Positions 30,562 to 48,414 of a stretch of DNA of 64,000 bases are shown here, in pieces (position 1 is the stretch's first letter; every line of letters starts with the position of its first letter). The position numbers were made by a program, and so were the translations under genes. Source of the stretch: Leptonemataceae bacterium. Its GTDB lineage: Bacteria; Spirochaetota; Leptospiria; Leptospirales; Leptonemataceae. The notes under the pieces are model-generated. The model worked only from the letters and a program-made list of their open reading frames with translations. It was not told where the DNA came from and searched no databases. The stretch covers positions 544,001 to 608,000 of the forward strand of contig OZ245742.1 of assembly GCA_965227295.1 (NCBI GenBank), in the 5' to 3' direction.

Positions 30562-30566
30562 TTCCG

Positions 30567-30872
30567 TTAGCTCTTGATGTCAACGCTTACACCGGCCGGC
30601 AACTGCAGCTTCATCAGCGCATCCACCGTATCGGGGTTCGTATTCATAATGTCGATGAGGCGCTTATGCGTGCGCACCTCGAACTGCTCCCGGCTCTTCT
30701 TGTTCACGTGCACCGAGCGCAGAATCGTGAATTTTTCGATCCGGGTAGGCAGAGGAATCGGACCGGAGATCTCAGCGCCCGTACGCCGGGCGGTGGCGAC
30801 AATCTCCTGCGCCGACTTATCGATCAGCTTGTGATCGAATGCCTTGAGTTTGACTCTAATTCGCGTGGCCAT
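30567..30872 (-). CDS. rpsJ: 30S ribosomal protein S10
   Basis: 'GPIPLPT', 'SREQFE', 'LPAGV'. Confidence 0.98.
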   Translation of the reverse strand: MATRIRVKLKAFDHKLIDKSAQEIVATARRTGAEISGPIPLPTRIEKFTILRSVHVNKKSREQFEVRTHKRLIDIMNTNPDTVDALMKLQLPAGVSVDIKS

Positions 30873-30895
30873 GATTCCTCTGCTTGCCTCGTCTC

Positions 30896-32092
<1,197 letters not shown>

Positions 32093-32227
32093 CTCCAGAT
32101 ACCTCGGTTTCGTTCTTAATTATTGTAGAAATTCCGTCTTCGCAGCGAGCGGGCGAAGAGGATACCACTCGCGTGTAAGCCCTTCTCCCGTCCATTGCTT
32201 TTTCCTGACAATGAGTCCTCGTTCTCG

Positions 32228-34336
<2,109 letters not shown>

Positions 34337-34372
34337 GATTGTGAGATCTCGTAACTTAATTCAAGTCGCTGC

Positions 34373-34846
34373 TTACCAGCGATAGTGGCTGAAGGCCTTG
34401 TTGGCGTCGGCCATACGACGTGTATCGTCGCGCTTCTTTATGGAACCGCCCTGATTCTTCTGGGCATCCATGATTTCATTGGCGAGCTTCATCGCCATGC
34501 TGTGCTCTTTGCGCTGGCGGGCGTAACCGACGACCCAGCGGATCGCCAGGGCCTGCATACGCTCCGGCCGAACCTCGACGGGCACCTGATAGGTAACACC
34601 GCCGACACGACGGGAACGAACTTCCAGAGCCGGCTTCACGTTCTCAATAGCTTCCCGGAAAATATCGATGCCGGGCTGGTCGCTCCGCTCGCCGATGATG
34701 TCCAGCGCCGTGTAGAAACAGCGCTCGGCAACGGACTTCTTGCCGTCGCGCATCATGTAGTTAATGAATGCCGATACCAGCGTATCGTTGTACTTCGCGT
34801 CTCCGATAATGGGACGACGATTGAGTGCACCTGTTCTTCGAGACAT
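34373..34846 (-). CDS. rpsG: 30S ribosomal protein S7
   Basis: Start MSRR; 'RRVGGVTYQVP', 'ANKAFSHYRW'. Confidence 0.98.
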   Translation of the reverse strand: MSRRTGALNRRPIIGDAKYNDTLVSAFINYMMRDGKKSVAERCFYTALDIIGERSDQPGIDIFREAIENVKPALEVRSRRVGGVTYQVPVEVRPERMQALAIRWVVGYARQRKEHSMAMKLANEIMDAQKNQGGSIKKRDDTRRMADANKAFSHYRW

Positions 34847-34862
34847 AGACGTTACTCCCCGC

Positions 34863-35237
34863 TCAGGCCTTCGGCCGCTTCGCTCCGTACTTGGACCGCG
34901 CCTGGCGCTTCTTTTCCACTCCCAGGGTATCGAGCGCGCCGCGGATGATGTGATAGCGCACGCCCGGCAGGTCTTTGACCCGGCCGCCGCGCACGAGCAC
35001 AACGTTGTGCTCCTGCAGGTTGTGACCTTCGCCCGGAATGTAGGCGGTGACTTCGATTCCCGTCGTCAGGCGAACCCGGGCGACCTTACGCAGAGCCGAG
35101 TTCGGCTTCTTCGGCGTGAAGGTCATAACGCGCGTGCAAACGCCGCGGCGCTGGGGGCTCGCGTTCAGGGCCGGAGACTTGGTCTTGGTCGTCTGTAAAA
35201 CCCGGCCGTGACGGATCAACTGGCTGATCGTAGGCAA
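34863..35237 (-). CDS. rpsL: 30S ribosomal protein S12
   Basis: TTG start; '[11 protein letters not shown]', 'DLPGVRY'. Confidence 0.99.
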   Translation of the reverse strand: MPTISQLIRHGRVLQTTKTKSPALNASPQRRGVCTRVMTFTPKKPNSALRKVARVRLTTGIEVTAYIPGEGHNLQEHNVVLVRGGRVKDLPGVRYHIIRGALDTLGVEKKRQARSKYGAKRPKA

Positions 35238-35574
35238 TTTCGTACTCCCTGTGGCGCGATATGTCGCGCAATTATACCTGGCGTGCAGCGTTGCCCCGCG
35301 CGGGCGAGACGCTCACTGCTCGTAAATTCTGCTCGGCCCGGTTCCCCGGCGCCGTTTGTGAATCATTCCGCTTGGCCTCTCAACTTATCTCCCCATCCCG
35401 TGGGGAAACAGTATTGAGCGGTCGATCCGGCCGTCTCCGGCCGAAAGAATGCCTGCGGACAACCTGAATTTCAGTACAGGCCGGACCGACAAGTACTATT
35501 CATCCGATATGCTACAGAGTGGTGATTTTTTTCGATTTTCGGCGAAAAAAATCACACACCCCTGGCAAACTTTT

Positions 35575-39789
<4,215 letters not shown>

Positions 39790-39861
39790 GTGTAGTTCCC
39801 GTTTCCCGGTATCAGCTACGCCGGCACACGGCCGGCGATGTTAACATCAGCTCAGTATCTC

Positions 39862-42800
39862 TTAGATGATGCGCTCGATGGTTTCGAGTTTGATCTTGTT
39901 GCGACGTCCGCCGCGACTCAGTTCGTCCTCGAGGTCGGTCAGCTCCAGGCGTTCGCCGCGCGTATCGTAGAGCGCCACGTCCAGAGCCAGGCCGCGAAGT
40001 TCCTGCATGAGCACGTTGAACGATTCCGGAATGCCCGGTTTGATCGAGTGAATGCCCTTCACGATCGCTTCGTAGATGCGCGCGCGGCCGAGCATGTCGT
40101 CCGACTTCACCGTGAGCAATTCCTGGAGCGTATGCGAGGCGCCGTAGGCCTCGAGCGCCCAGACCTCCATCTCTCCGAGGCGCTGACCGCCGAACTGCGC
40201 CTTGCCCCCCAGCGGCTGCTGGGTAACGAGGGAGTACGGGCCCGTCGAACGCGCGTGAATCTTGTCGTCGACCAGGTGGGCGAGCTTCAGGAGATAGATG
40301 TATCCGGCGAATACTTTGCCCTCGAACTTCTCGCCGGTGCGCCCGTCTTGCAGCGAAAACTTGCAATCCGTGGGCAGGCCGGCCTGTTCCAGGTAACCTT
40401 CGATGTCCGCCTCGGAGGCGCCGTCGAAAACCGGCGTTTCGAAGCAGATGTTTAACTTATGCCCGGCAAAACCTAACTGAGTTTCGAGGATTTGCCCGAT
40501 GTTCATCCGCGAGGGAACCCCCAGCGGATTGAGAATGACGTCGATGGGCGTGCCGTCTTCCATGAACGGCATGTCCTCTTCGGCCATGATGCGCGCCACG
40601 ACACCTTTGTTGCCGTGGCGGCCGGCCATCTTGTCACCGACCTGCAGCTTGCGCTTCTTCGCGACGTATACTTTAACGAGGGCCTCGACGCCCGCCGGCA
40701 ACTCGTCGCCGTTTTCCCGCGAGTACTGCTTCACATCGATGACGATGCCTTCGGTGCCGTTCGGCATGCGCAGTGAGGTATCGCGCACTTCTTTGGCTTT
40801 TTCACCGAAGATGGAGTGCAGCAGTTTGTACTCCGGCGTCAGATCGGCCTCGCCCTTCGGCGTAACCATACCGACCAGAATGTCCCCGGCCCGCACCTCG
40901 GCGCCGATGCGCACGATGCCGAATTCGTCGAGATCGCGGAACGCCTTGTCGCTGAGATTCGGAATGTCGCGAGTAATCGTTTCCTGGCCGAGCTTCGTTT
41001 CCCGCGCCTGGATCTCATACTCTTCAATGTGAATCGAAGAGAAGACGTCGTCTTTCACGATGCGCTCGCTCATGAGAATGGCATCTTCGAAGTTGTAGCC
41101 TTCCCAGGGCATGAACGCCACGAGCACGTTTTTGCCGAGCGCCAGACGACCGTGATCCACGGCCGGGCCGTCGGCGAGCACGGTGCCGCGACGGGTGACA
41201 CGACCGTAGCGATCCCGCTTCTCGGCGAAGACCTTCTGGCCCGCGATCTTGTCCCCGGCTTTTACCGAGGCCCCCGATTTCGCGATGGCTTCCATCTGGA
41301 AGTCGGCGCCTTTCATCGGGTACTGTTCCACACGCTCGTCGTCACCGGTGAGTTCGACGATATCGGCGTTCAGCTTCGTGATCTTGCCGTCGTACGGGGC
41401 GCGGTACAGCTTCGCGATGGGACGCTGGTTTACGCACGTTCCCTGGTTGGATCGTTTGAACTTGATGAGATCGTACTGCTTCGGTTCCTTCTGGCCGGTG
41501 ACACTGATCACGACCTTTACCGCGTCGACGTCTTCGATGATTCCGTCTTCCTGTGCTACGATGCAGGTCCGGGAATCGTAAGCCGCGCGGGATTCCATGC
41601 CGGTACCGACATAGGGCTCCTCATCTTGCAACAGCGGAACCGCCTGGCGCTGCATGTTAGAACCCATGAGCGCACGGTTCGCGTCGTCGTGTTCAAGGAA
41701 CGGAATCAACGCCGTGCTTACGCTCACCACCTGCATGGGCGCCATGTCCATGTACTGGACCTCGTCCGGCGTGCACAGCGGGTAGTCTTCGCGGCGGCGA
41801 CAGGAGACCAGCTTGTTCTTGAACGTCTGGCTGTCGGTAAGCGGCGCGTTGGCCTGCGCGATGTTGTAATGCTCTTCAATGTCCGCGGTGAGGTACTCAA
41901 CCTTGTCCGAAACCTTGCCTTTGTCGGATTTACGGTAAGGGGTTTCCAGGAAACCGTACTCGTTGACCTGGCAGAACGTGGACATCGAAACGATGAGGCC
42001 GATGTTCGGACCTTCCGGCGTTTCAATCGGACACATGCGGCCGTAGTGCGAGTAGTGGACGTCGCGGACTTCGAAGCCGGCGCGCTCACGAGAGAGACTG
42101 CCAGGACCGAGAGCGTTCAGGCGGCGCTTGTGCGTGAGTTCGGACAGCGGGTTCGTCTGGTCCATAAACTGGGACAACTGCGACGAACCGAAGAACTCGT
42201 TGATCACCGCCATGATCGGCTTGATCGAGATCAGCGCCTGCGGGGTAATCACGTCGATGTCCTGCACGGTCATGCGCTCTTTCACGACGCGCTCCATCCG
42301 CGAGAAACCGACCTTGAGCTGGTTCATCAGGAGTTCACCGACGCTGCGCACGCGGCGATTACCGAGGTGGTCGATGTCGTCGAAGTGATACTCCGGGACC
42401 TCGTTCACGAGATTCACGAAGTACTTCAGCGTCGAGACGATGTCCTCGCCGCGCAGGGCCCGGGTATCGACGTCCGTAAACGCGTCCGGATTGTGATAGC
42501 GGAACTTGTTGTTGATTTTGTAACGCCCCACCGCGCCGAGATCGTAAGACTTCTCCGAGAAGAAGAGGCGCTCCAGTTCGGCTTTCGCGTTGTCCACGTT
42601 GAACGGTTCGCCCGGGCGCATGATGGCATGGAACTTCTGCAGCGCCGTCTCGTGGTTCTCGGCGTTGTCTTTCTCCATGCAGTTGATGATCGTAACATCA
42701 TCTTTGCCGCCGGGGAAGACGAGCAGGTCCACCGACTTCACTTTCAGTTCTTTGAGGATGTCGATGTTGTCCTCGTTGATCTTTTCCCCCGCGGCCATGA

Positions 42801-43554
42801 TGACCTCATTGGTCTCGGGGTTGATCACGGTGGCAACCAGGCGCCGGCCGATGATCTTCTTGAGTTCGCGGCCGGTGGCGCCGGAGATGCGTTTCTCCTC
42901 GGTTTCGTAAAAGAGACGCAGGACTTCTTCGTCCGAGTTGGCGCCCATGGCTTTCAAGAGCAGCGTCGCCGGGAATTTCTTTTTGCGGTCGATACGCGCG
43001 ACAAGGATGCCCTTGGTATCCATCTCCAGTTCCAACCAGGAACCGCGGTACGGAATCACCCGCGCGGAATAGATGCGTTTCTCGCTGTCGTAGAAGAAGA
43101 AGATGCCCGGACTCCGGTGCAACTGCGAGACCACAACGCGCTCGGCGCCGTTGATGATGAACGTGCCCTGCTCGGTCATCATGGGCAGGTCGCCCATGTA
43201 GACGGTCTGCTCGCGGACTTCACCGGTGTGCTTGTTGATGAGGCGAATGACGGCCTTTAGCGGCATGGAGAACGTGGTGCCGCGGTTCTTGCATTCGTGC
43301 ACGTCCCACTTCGGATCGCCGAACGAAAACGACACGAACTCAAGGACCATGTCCTCATTGGGACTTTCAATCGGGAAGGTATCCCGAAAGACGGCCTCCA
43401 GGCCCTGCATCTTACGTTTCGCGGACGTGACATCCTGTTGCAGGAACCACTCGTAGCTCTTGAACTGGATATCGATCAAATCCGGAATCTGGTCGATGTC
43501 GGTGATCTTGCCGAGGTTAATGATTTCTCTGGATGCTTTATCCTGGATGGACAT
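39862..43554 (-). CDS. rpoB: RNA polymerase beta subunit
   Basis: 'SQLHRSPG', 'ETPEGPNIG', '[12 protein letters not shown]', '[11 protein letters not shown]'. Confidence 0.99.
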   Translation of the reverse strand: MSIQDKASREIINLGKITDIDQIPDLIDIQFKSYEWFLQQDVTSAKRKMQGLEAVFRDTFPIESPNEDMVLEFVSFSFGDPKWDVHECKNRGTTFSMPLKAVIRLINKHTGEVREQTVYMGDLPMMTEQGTFIINGAERVVVSQLHRSPGIFFFYDSEKRIYSARVIPYRGSWLELEMDTKGILVARIDRKKKFPATLLLKAMGANSDEEVLRLFYETEEKRISGATGRELKKIIGRRLVATVINPETNEVIMAAGEKINEDNIDILKELKVKSVDLLVFPGGKDDVTIINCMEKDNAENHETALQKFHAIMRPGEPFNVDNAKAELERLFFSEKSYDLGAVGRYKINNKFRYHNPDAFTDVDTRALRGEDIVSTLKYFVNLVNEVPEYHFDDIDHLGNRRVRSVGELLMNQLKVGFSRMERVVKERMTVQDIDVITPQALISIKPIMAVINEFFGSSQLSQFMDQTNPLSELTHKRRLNALGPGSLSRERAGFEVRDVHYSHYGRMCPIETPEGPNIGLIVSMSTFCQVNEYGFLETPYRKSDKGKVSDKVEYLTADIEEHYNIAQANAPLTDSQTFKNKLVSCRRREDYPLCTPDEVQYMDMAPMQVVSVSTALIPFLEHDDANRALMGSNMQRQAVPLLQDEEPYVGTGMESRAAYDSRTCIVAQEDGIIEDVDAVKVVISVTGQKEPKQYDLIKFKRSNQGTCVNQRPIAKLYRAPYDGKITKLNADIVELTGDDERVEQYPMKGADFQMEAIAKSGASVKAGDKIAGQKVFAEKRDRYGRVTRRGTVLADGPAVDHGRLALGKNVLVAFMPWEGYNFEDAILMSERIVKDDVFSSIHIEEYEIQARETKLGQETITRDIPNLSDKAFRDLDEFGIVRIGAEVRAGDILVGMVTPKGEADLTPEYKLLHSIFGEKAKEVRDTSLRMPNGTEGIVIDVKQYSRENGDELPAGVEALVKVYVAKKRKLQVGDKMAGRHGNKGVVARIMAEEDMPFMEDGTPIDVILNPLGVPSRMNIGQILETQLGFAGHKLNICFETPVFDGASEADIEGYLEQAGLPTDCKFSLQDGRTGEKFEGKVFAGYIYLLKLAHLVDDKIHARSTGPYSLVTQQPLGGKAQFGGQRLGEMEVWALEAYGASHTLQELLTVKSDDMLGRARIYEAIVKGIHSIKPGIPESFNVLMQELRGLALDVALYDTRGERLELTDLEDELSRGGRRNKIKLETIERII

Positions 43555-43782
43555 GCGCTTCTCCCGGTGTTGCGGAACTGGAATTCGGCGAAGTCTTCAG
43601 GAAATGAATTACGCAAATAAAAAGTGCGTCAAACCACGGATCCCTTCGCCGCCGGATCCGCCCGTACAGTAAATTTGTCTTTTAAATGTATCATCTCCGA
43701 TCGATTTCAGCAAGTTCCGCTGAAACCGTCGGAGACGCTTGTTCAGGCCCGCACAGGCAGACCCCTCTGTTTTCCCGCGATC

Positions 43783-44169
43783 TCAGGCCGGAGCGAGCTC
43801 GACTTTGGCGCCGGCAGCTTCGAGCTTTCCTTTCAGCTCGTCCGCGGCGGCCTTGTCCAGGTCTTCTTTAACGACCTGATCGCCCTTCTCTACGAGATCT
43901 TTTGCTTCTTTGAGGCCCAGACCGGTGGCTTCGCGCACCGCTTTGATGACGTCGATCTTCTTGTCGCCGAAGCTTTTCAGCACGACGTTGAAGTTCGTAT
44001 CTTCGGCAGCGCCGCCGTCCGCGGGCGCGCCCGGTGCAGCCGCTACCGCCGCTACGGGAGCCGCCGTTGAGATGCCGAATTTATCTTCCATCTTCTTAAC
44101 GAGGTCCGCGGCTTCGGTCAGCGTCAGTCCGCCGATCTGTTCCAGTAAGCTATCTACATCTGCAGCCAT
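43783..44169 (-). CDS. rplL: 50S ribosomal protein L7/L12
   Basis: '[10 protein letters not shown]', '[12 protein letters not shown]'. Confidence 0.98.
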   Translation of the reverse strand: MAADVDSLLEQIGGLTLTEAADLVKKMEDKFGISTAAPVAAVAAAPGAPADGGAAEDTNFNVVLKSFGDKKIDVIKAVREATGLGLKEAKDLVEKGDQVVKEDLDKAAADELKGKLEAAGAKVELAPA

Positions 44170-44251
44170 TGCTTTTATACTCCCTGTATACCTGATACCA
44201 AATTGCGTTGTGGTTGTCTGCTTTCAGTTAATTAAGTACGTGTTGTAGTAA

Positions 44252-44785
44252 TCAGTCGCCGTTCTTTTCGCCCACGGCGCGGATGCCCCGGGCCAGACTC
44301 GACATGATTTGATTGATGCCCGTGGCGATCTGCGTGGCCGGCGTATTGAGGCCGCGACCAATGATGGCGAGCAGCTCTTCGCGGCTCGGCAGGTTCGCCA
44401 CTGCCTTCACGGCGCTCCCGTCGAGGAACTCCCCTTCCATGCAGCCGGACTTGACGTCCACTTTCTCGGACTTCTTCGCGTAGTCGACGAGCAGTTTCGA
44501 GACCGAAGGAAAGTCTTCGTCCACGAACGTAATCGCGACGGGGCCTTCCAGAACCTTTATGGTGCCTTCCAGCACGCCCTCGTACTTCGAGTCTTCCTGG
44601 AGGACGCGACGGAAGAGATTGTTCTTCACGACCTTCAGACGCGCGCCCTTCGCGCGCACCTGGCCACGGAGCTCCGTAATCTCTTCGACCGTGAGACCGC
44701 TGTAGGTCGTCACGACAAAATTGCTCCGCTCGCTCAGCATTGCCTTGAGCTCGTTGACCTGTTCTACTTTCGCCGGTGCAGCCAT
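44252..44785 (-). CDS. rplJ: 50S ribosomal protein L10
   Basis: 'YSGLTV', 'KVVKNNL', 'LPSREEL'. Confidence 0.97.
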   Translation of the reverse strand: MAAPAKVEQVNELKAMLSERSNFVVTTYSGLTVEEITELRGQVRAKGARLKVVKNNLFRRVLQEDSKYEGVLEGTIKVLEGPVAITFVDEDFPSVSKLLVDYAKKSEKVDVKSGCMEGEFLDGSAVKAVANLPSREELLAIIGRGLNTPATQIATGINQIMSSLARGIRAVGEKNGD

Positions 44786-44825
44786 GTTCTATCTCAATTC
44801 CAGTATATCTTTGCGCGTTTCGCGA

Positions 44826-45509
44826 TCAGGCCATGGCCCGCGTATTGAGGCGGATGCCGGGACCCATCGTCGGTGCGATAAAAAAGCTCTTGATGTACTC
44901 GCCCTTTGCGTCGGCAGGCTTGTCTCGCATCAGCGAGTTAAAGAGCGCCGTTACGTTTTGCTCGATCTTCTCCGGCTCGAATGAGCACAGGCCCACACGC
45001 ATGTGGATGACGCCGGTTTTGTCCGGACGATATTCCATTTGACCGGCCTTCAGGTTCTTGATGGCGGTCGCAACATCCGTGGTCACGGTGCCGGCCTTGG
45101 GCTTCGGCATGAGACCCTTGCGACCCAGAATGGGACCGAGCTTACCGACGTCCTTCATCATGTCCGGAGTGGCCACACAGGCGTCGAAGTCGGTCCAGTT
45201 TTCTTTCTGGATTTTCTCCACCAACTCGGCTCCGCCGACGAAATCCGCCCCGGCTTCTCTGGCTTCGGCGTGACGGTCTTCTTTCGCGAAGACGAGCACG
45301 CGAACCTGCTTGCCCGTGCCGTTCGGCAGACTTACGATGCCGCGCACGTTCTGCATGGATTTGTAAGAGACCTTAATGTGAGCCTCGACCGCAGCGTCGA
45401 ACTTCGTATAACTAACTTCTTTGACCAGGGCCGCAGCCTCGGCCGGAGAGAGCGCCTGTTCGCGATCTACTTTTTCGGCAACGCCGCGCCACTTCTTACC
45501 GCGCTTCAT
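44826..45509 (-). CDS. rplA: 50S ribosomal protein L1
   Basis: 'LPNGTGK', '[15 protein letters not shown]', 'TMGPG'. Confidence 0.98.
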   Translation of the reverse strand: MKRGKKWRGVAEKVDREQALSPAEAAALVKEVSYTKFDAAVEAHIKVSYKSMQNVRGIVSLPNGTGKQVRVLVFAKEDRHAEAREAGADFVGGAELVEKIQKENWTDFDACVATPDMMKDVGKLGPILGRKGLMPKPKAGTVTTDVATAIKNLKAGQMEYRPDKTGVIHMRVGLCSFEPEKIEQNVTALFNSLMRDKPADAKGEYIKSFFIAPTMGPGIRLNTRAMA

Positions 45510-45934
45510 CCTTTCACCTCGATGCCCATGGAACGACAGGTGCCGGCCAGGATTTTCACGGCCGCGTCCATATCGTTGCTGTTCAAATCTTCTTTCTTAA
45601 TGTCTGCGATCTTTTCCAGTTGCGCTCGCGTGATCTTGCCCTTGAACTCTTTGTTCGGCACGGGCGAGCCGCCCTTCAGACCCAGCTCCTTGAGGATGAG
45701 CAGCGCCGCCGGCGGCGACTTCGTTATGAACGTAAACGAGCGGTCGCTGTAGACCGTGATCACCACCGGCAACTTGATGCCGATCTGACCCTTGGTCTTT
45801 TCGTTGAACTGCTTGCAGAATTCCATGATGTTCAGGCCGTGCTGACCCAGCGCTGGACCCACCGGGGGGGCCGGGTTCGCTTTGCCCGCTTCCACCTGAA
45901 GCTTGATCTGCGTGACAACTTTCTTCTGAGCCAT
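45506..45934 (-). CDS. rplK: 50S ribosomal protein L11
   Basis: '[12 protein letters not shown]', 'FCKQFN', 'GTCRSMG'. Confidence 0.98.
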   Translation of the reverse strand: MAQKKVVTQIKLQVEAGKANPAPPVGPALGQHGLNIMEFCKQFNEKTKGQIGIKLPVVITVYSDRSFTFITKSPPAALLILKELGLKGGSPVPNKEFKGKITRAQLEKIADIKKEDLNSNDMDAAVKILAGTCRSMGIEVKG

Positions 45935-46184
45935 GGAGCCTGTTGTGCGCTTACGCGCTGTCTATATTATTGAAAGATACCAGCCTGAAAGGCGCTTCCA
46001 CACCGTTCACGGACTGCACATCCCGTGCCCGAAACGGGGAACTTGAGGCATATCTCTGTAAGGGGCGGTACTGAAAACTATTTTTCGGTTCTAAAGCCCT
46101 GAACGGGCATTTTTTTTGCTTTCAGCCCGATTTTTTGCCCACCACGTCGAAAACTTTTTGGAAAATCCTGCGACGGCCCGGAAC

Positions 46185-46730
46185 TCAGCCGACGTTCGAT
46201 GCCACCTGAAGATAGTCCAATTCCACCGGTGTCGCCTGGCCGAAGATTTCCACCTTCACCCGCAGCTTGCCCTTATCGTGCATGATCTCGTCGACGACGC
46301 CCGTGAAGTTCGCAAACGGACCGTCCACGATTTTCACCCGCTCGCCCACGCTGAACAGGATGTGAGCCGGGGCGGCTGCCTCGTCCTCATCGTCGGCCGG
46401 AGCCTCGCCCTGGAGCAGGTTGCGCACCTCTTCTTCCGGCAACGGTTCCGGTTCCGGCGATCCCACGAATCCCGCCACGGAGGGGAGCCGTTGGATCATG
46501 TACTGGATCTCGTCGTCCATCGCCAGTTCGGCGAGGATATATCCCGGCATGAACTTCTTCTCGACCACGCGCTTCTTGCCGTTTTTCATTTCGGCAACCT
46601 TGATGGTCGGAATGTTGATCTGGCCGATGCGCCCTTCGAGGCCGCGGGACTGGACCAATCGGTCGATATTCGTTTTGACCTTGTTTTCGTGACCGGAATA
46701 CGTCCGAATCACATACCACTTCAGAGCCAT
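46185..46730 (-). CDS. nusG: Transcription termination/antitermination factor NusG
   Basis: Start MALKWYV; 'YSGHE', 'PGYI', 'DGPFANF', 'IFGQATPVEL'. Confidence 0.98.
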   Translation of the reverse strand: MALKWYVIRTYSGHENKVKTNIDRLVQSRGLEGRIGQINIPTIKVAEMKNGKKRVVEKKFMPGYILAELAMDDEIQYMIQRLPSVAGFVGSPEPEPLPEEEVRNLLQGEAPADDEDEAAAPAHILFSVGERVKIVDGPFANFTGVVDEIMHDKGKLRVKVEIFGQATPVELDYLQVASNVG

Positions 46731-46738
46731 AGATTCCC

Positions 46739-46933
46739 TCAGGATCCGCCACCGGTGCCCAGCTCGATCAGGCGATCGAACAGCCACTCGAAGACGCTAT
46801 CCACACTGAAGAGAAAGACGGAAATCAGAGCCACGGCCACCAACACCACGATTGTGGAGTTCAGGACTTCTTCCCGGCTGGGCCAGACCACCTTCTTCAG
46901 TTCTTCCCGGCTTTCTTTGAGAAATTTCAGCAT
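46739..46933 (-). CDS. secE: Preprotein translocase SecE
   Basis: 'ELKKVVWPSREE' followed by a TM helix. Confidence 0.96.
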   Translation of the reverse strand: MLKFLKESREELKKVVWPSREEVLNSTIVVLVAVALISVFLFSVDSVFEWLFDRLIELGTGGGS

Positions 46934-46993
46934 AGCGTTCAGTTACCGCACCCGCAGGCGCTCAGCTTTCATTGTATATCGTAGAGTTCCGTG

Positions 46994-47065
46994 CAGGCCG
47001 GGAGAGAATCGAACTCTCATCAAGGGTTTTGGAGACCCCTATACTAACCATTATACTACCGGCCT
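46994..47065 (-). tRNA. tRNA-Trp(CCA)
   Basis: Reverse complement AGGCCGGTAGTATAATGGTTAGTATA-GGGGT-CT-CCA-AA-ACCCT-TGAT-GAGAG-TTCGATT-CTCTC-CCGGCCTG; canonical position upstream of secE. Confidence 0.96.
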
Positions 47066-47100
47066 GTTTCCGGCTGTCCGTTCACCGACATCCGGATATG

Positions 47101-47173
47101 AGCCCTCTACCAGGCTTGAACTGGTGACCTCATCCTTACCATGGATGCGCTCTACCAACTGAGCTAAGAGGGC
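47101..47173 (-). tRNA. tRNA-Thr(GGT)
   Basis: Reverse complement GCCCTCTTAGCTCAGTTGGTAGAGCG-CATCC-AT-GGT-AA-GGATG-AGGTC-ACCAG-TTCAAGC-CTGGT-AGAGGGCT. Confidence 0.97.
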
Positions 47174-47448
47174 CTGTGCCGGAATGCCTCCCCGCCGATT
47201 GGCCGGGATTCGGCGAGTTTGACTGTTTTTTCGACGAAGGGCCGGGGGTCAAGGAAAACCCTGTGAACCTGGCTGCCAGAACGCAGACTCCGCCACCCGG
47301 GAGGGCCTACGACGGCCCACAAAAGCCTCCTGCCCCAAAGAATACTTGCTTGTGCACGCAATGGGCAGAGCTTTGGGACCAGGCCCTTTAAGAGATTCGT
47401 AGGCGATCTCCAGGAAGCCAAACGGATCGTCGAAGAACGACAACAATC

Positions 47449-48399
47449 ATGACAAGACCATTACTACCGGTGATTGCGATTGCCCTGGCGCTGATCTCAT
47501 CCAGATGCGCGCAGGAACCGGTCGCGACCTGGCCTGCTGAAACGACCTATCATCATGCCGTCGTAAACGGCTATAGGATCTTCTACCGTGAAGCCGGAAA
47601 CCCTGATCGCCCGACGATCGTGTTGCTTCACGGTTATCCTTCCTCTTCACACACATACCGCGCATTGATACCGCTGCTCTCCGGACGTTACCACATCATT
47701 GCACCTGACAACCTTGGTTCCGGCTACAGCGACAAGCCGGACCCGGCAAACACGGACTATGATTTCGATTTTCTCGCGGCTCAAATCAGTGGCCTGATCG
47801 AGACTCTAAATCTGGACAGTTGCATTATCTACATGCAGGATTTCGGAGCACCGGTGGGCTTTCGGGTCATGATGAACGATCCCTCGAAGATTCGGGCTAT
47901 TATCGCCCAGAATGCCAACGCGTATCTGGAGGGCATTCCACCGGATAAGCAGGCCTTCTTTATGAATGCGCAGTTGGACCGGTCGGCCGAGAACACTCAA
48001 AGACTCTACGAGTTCACCTCCGCACGCAACGTAAAGCACCATCAATATTTGCGCGATGTTTCAGGCAAAGAAGAGACCATGAGCCCGGATAGCTGGACCC
48101 ATGATGCGCATTTCCTGGAAACGGAGAAGGAACGCCGGATCCAGGTCGCGCTTTTTCAGGATTATAAAACCAATCTGGATGATTACCCGCGATGGCAGGC
48201 CTTTCTGAGAAAACATCAGTTTCCGGCACTGTTGGTCTGGGGCAAACGGGACCCGGTCTTTACAGTTGCGGGAGCGAGGGCGTATTTAAGAGACTTACCG
48301 AATGCGGAGCTGCACCTCGTTGATGCCGGCCATTTTGCGGTAGAAGAAAAGCCTGTTGAAATCGCGAAGCATATCATCAACTTCGTAGAAAGACTGTAG
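47449..48399 (+). CDS. Alpha/beta fold hydrolase (epoxide hydrolase/haloalkane dehalogenase-like), exported
   Basis: 'FYREAG', 'LLHGYPSSS', 'MQDFGAPVG', 'WGKRD', 'AGHF'; N-terminal signal peptide. Confidence 0.92.
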   Translation: MTRPLLPVIAIALALISSRCAQEPVATWPAETTYHHAVVNGYRIFYREAGNPDRPTIVLLHGYPSSSHTYRALIPLLSGRYHIIAPDNLGSGYSDKPDPANTDYDFDFLAAQISGLIETLNLDSCIIYMQDFGAPVGFRVMMNDPSKIRAIIAQNANAYLEGIPPDKQAFFMNAQLDRSAENTQRLYEFTSARNVKHHQYLRDVSGKEETMSPDSWTHDAHFLETEKERRIQVALFQDYKTNLDDYPRWQAFLRKHQFPALLVWGKRDPVFTVAGARAYLRDLPNAELHLVDAGHFAVEEKPVEIAKHIINFVERL

Positions 48400-48414
48400 G
48401 CCGGGCGCGGGACC

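Noticed and set aside
46093-46117. GCCC-tgaac-GGGC plus T-run as a terminator between nusG and rplK
   Set aside because: The stem is only 4 bp and the T-run is on the strand opposite to transcription.
47066-47100. rpmG (L33) at its common position near tRNA-Trp/secE
   Set aside because: Only 35 bp lie between the tRNAs and no L33 ORF was found nearby.
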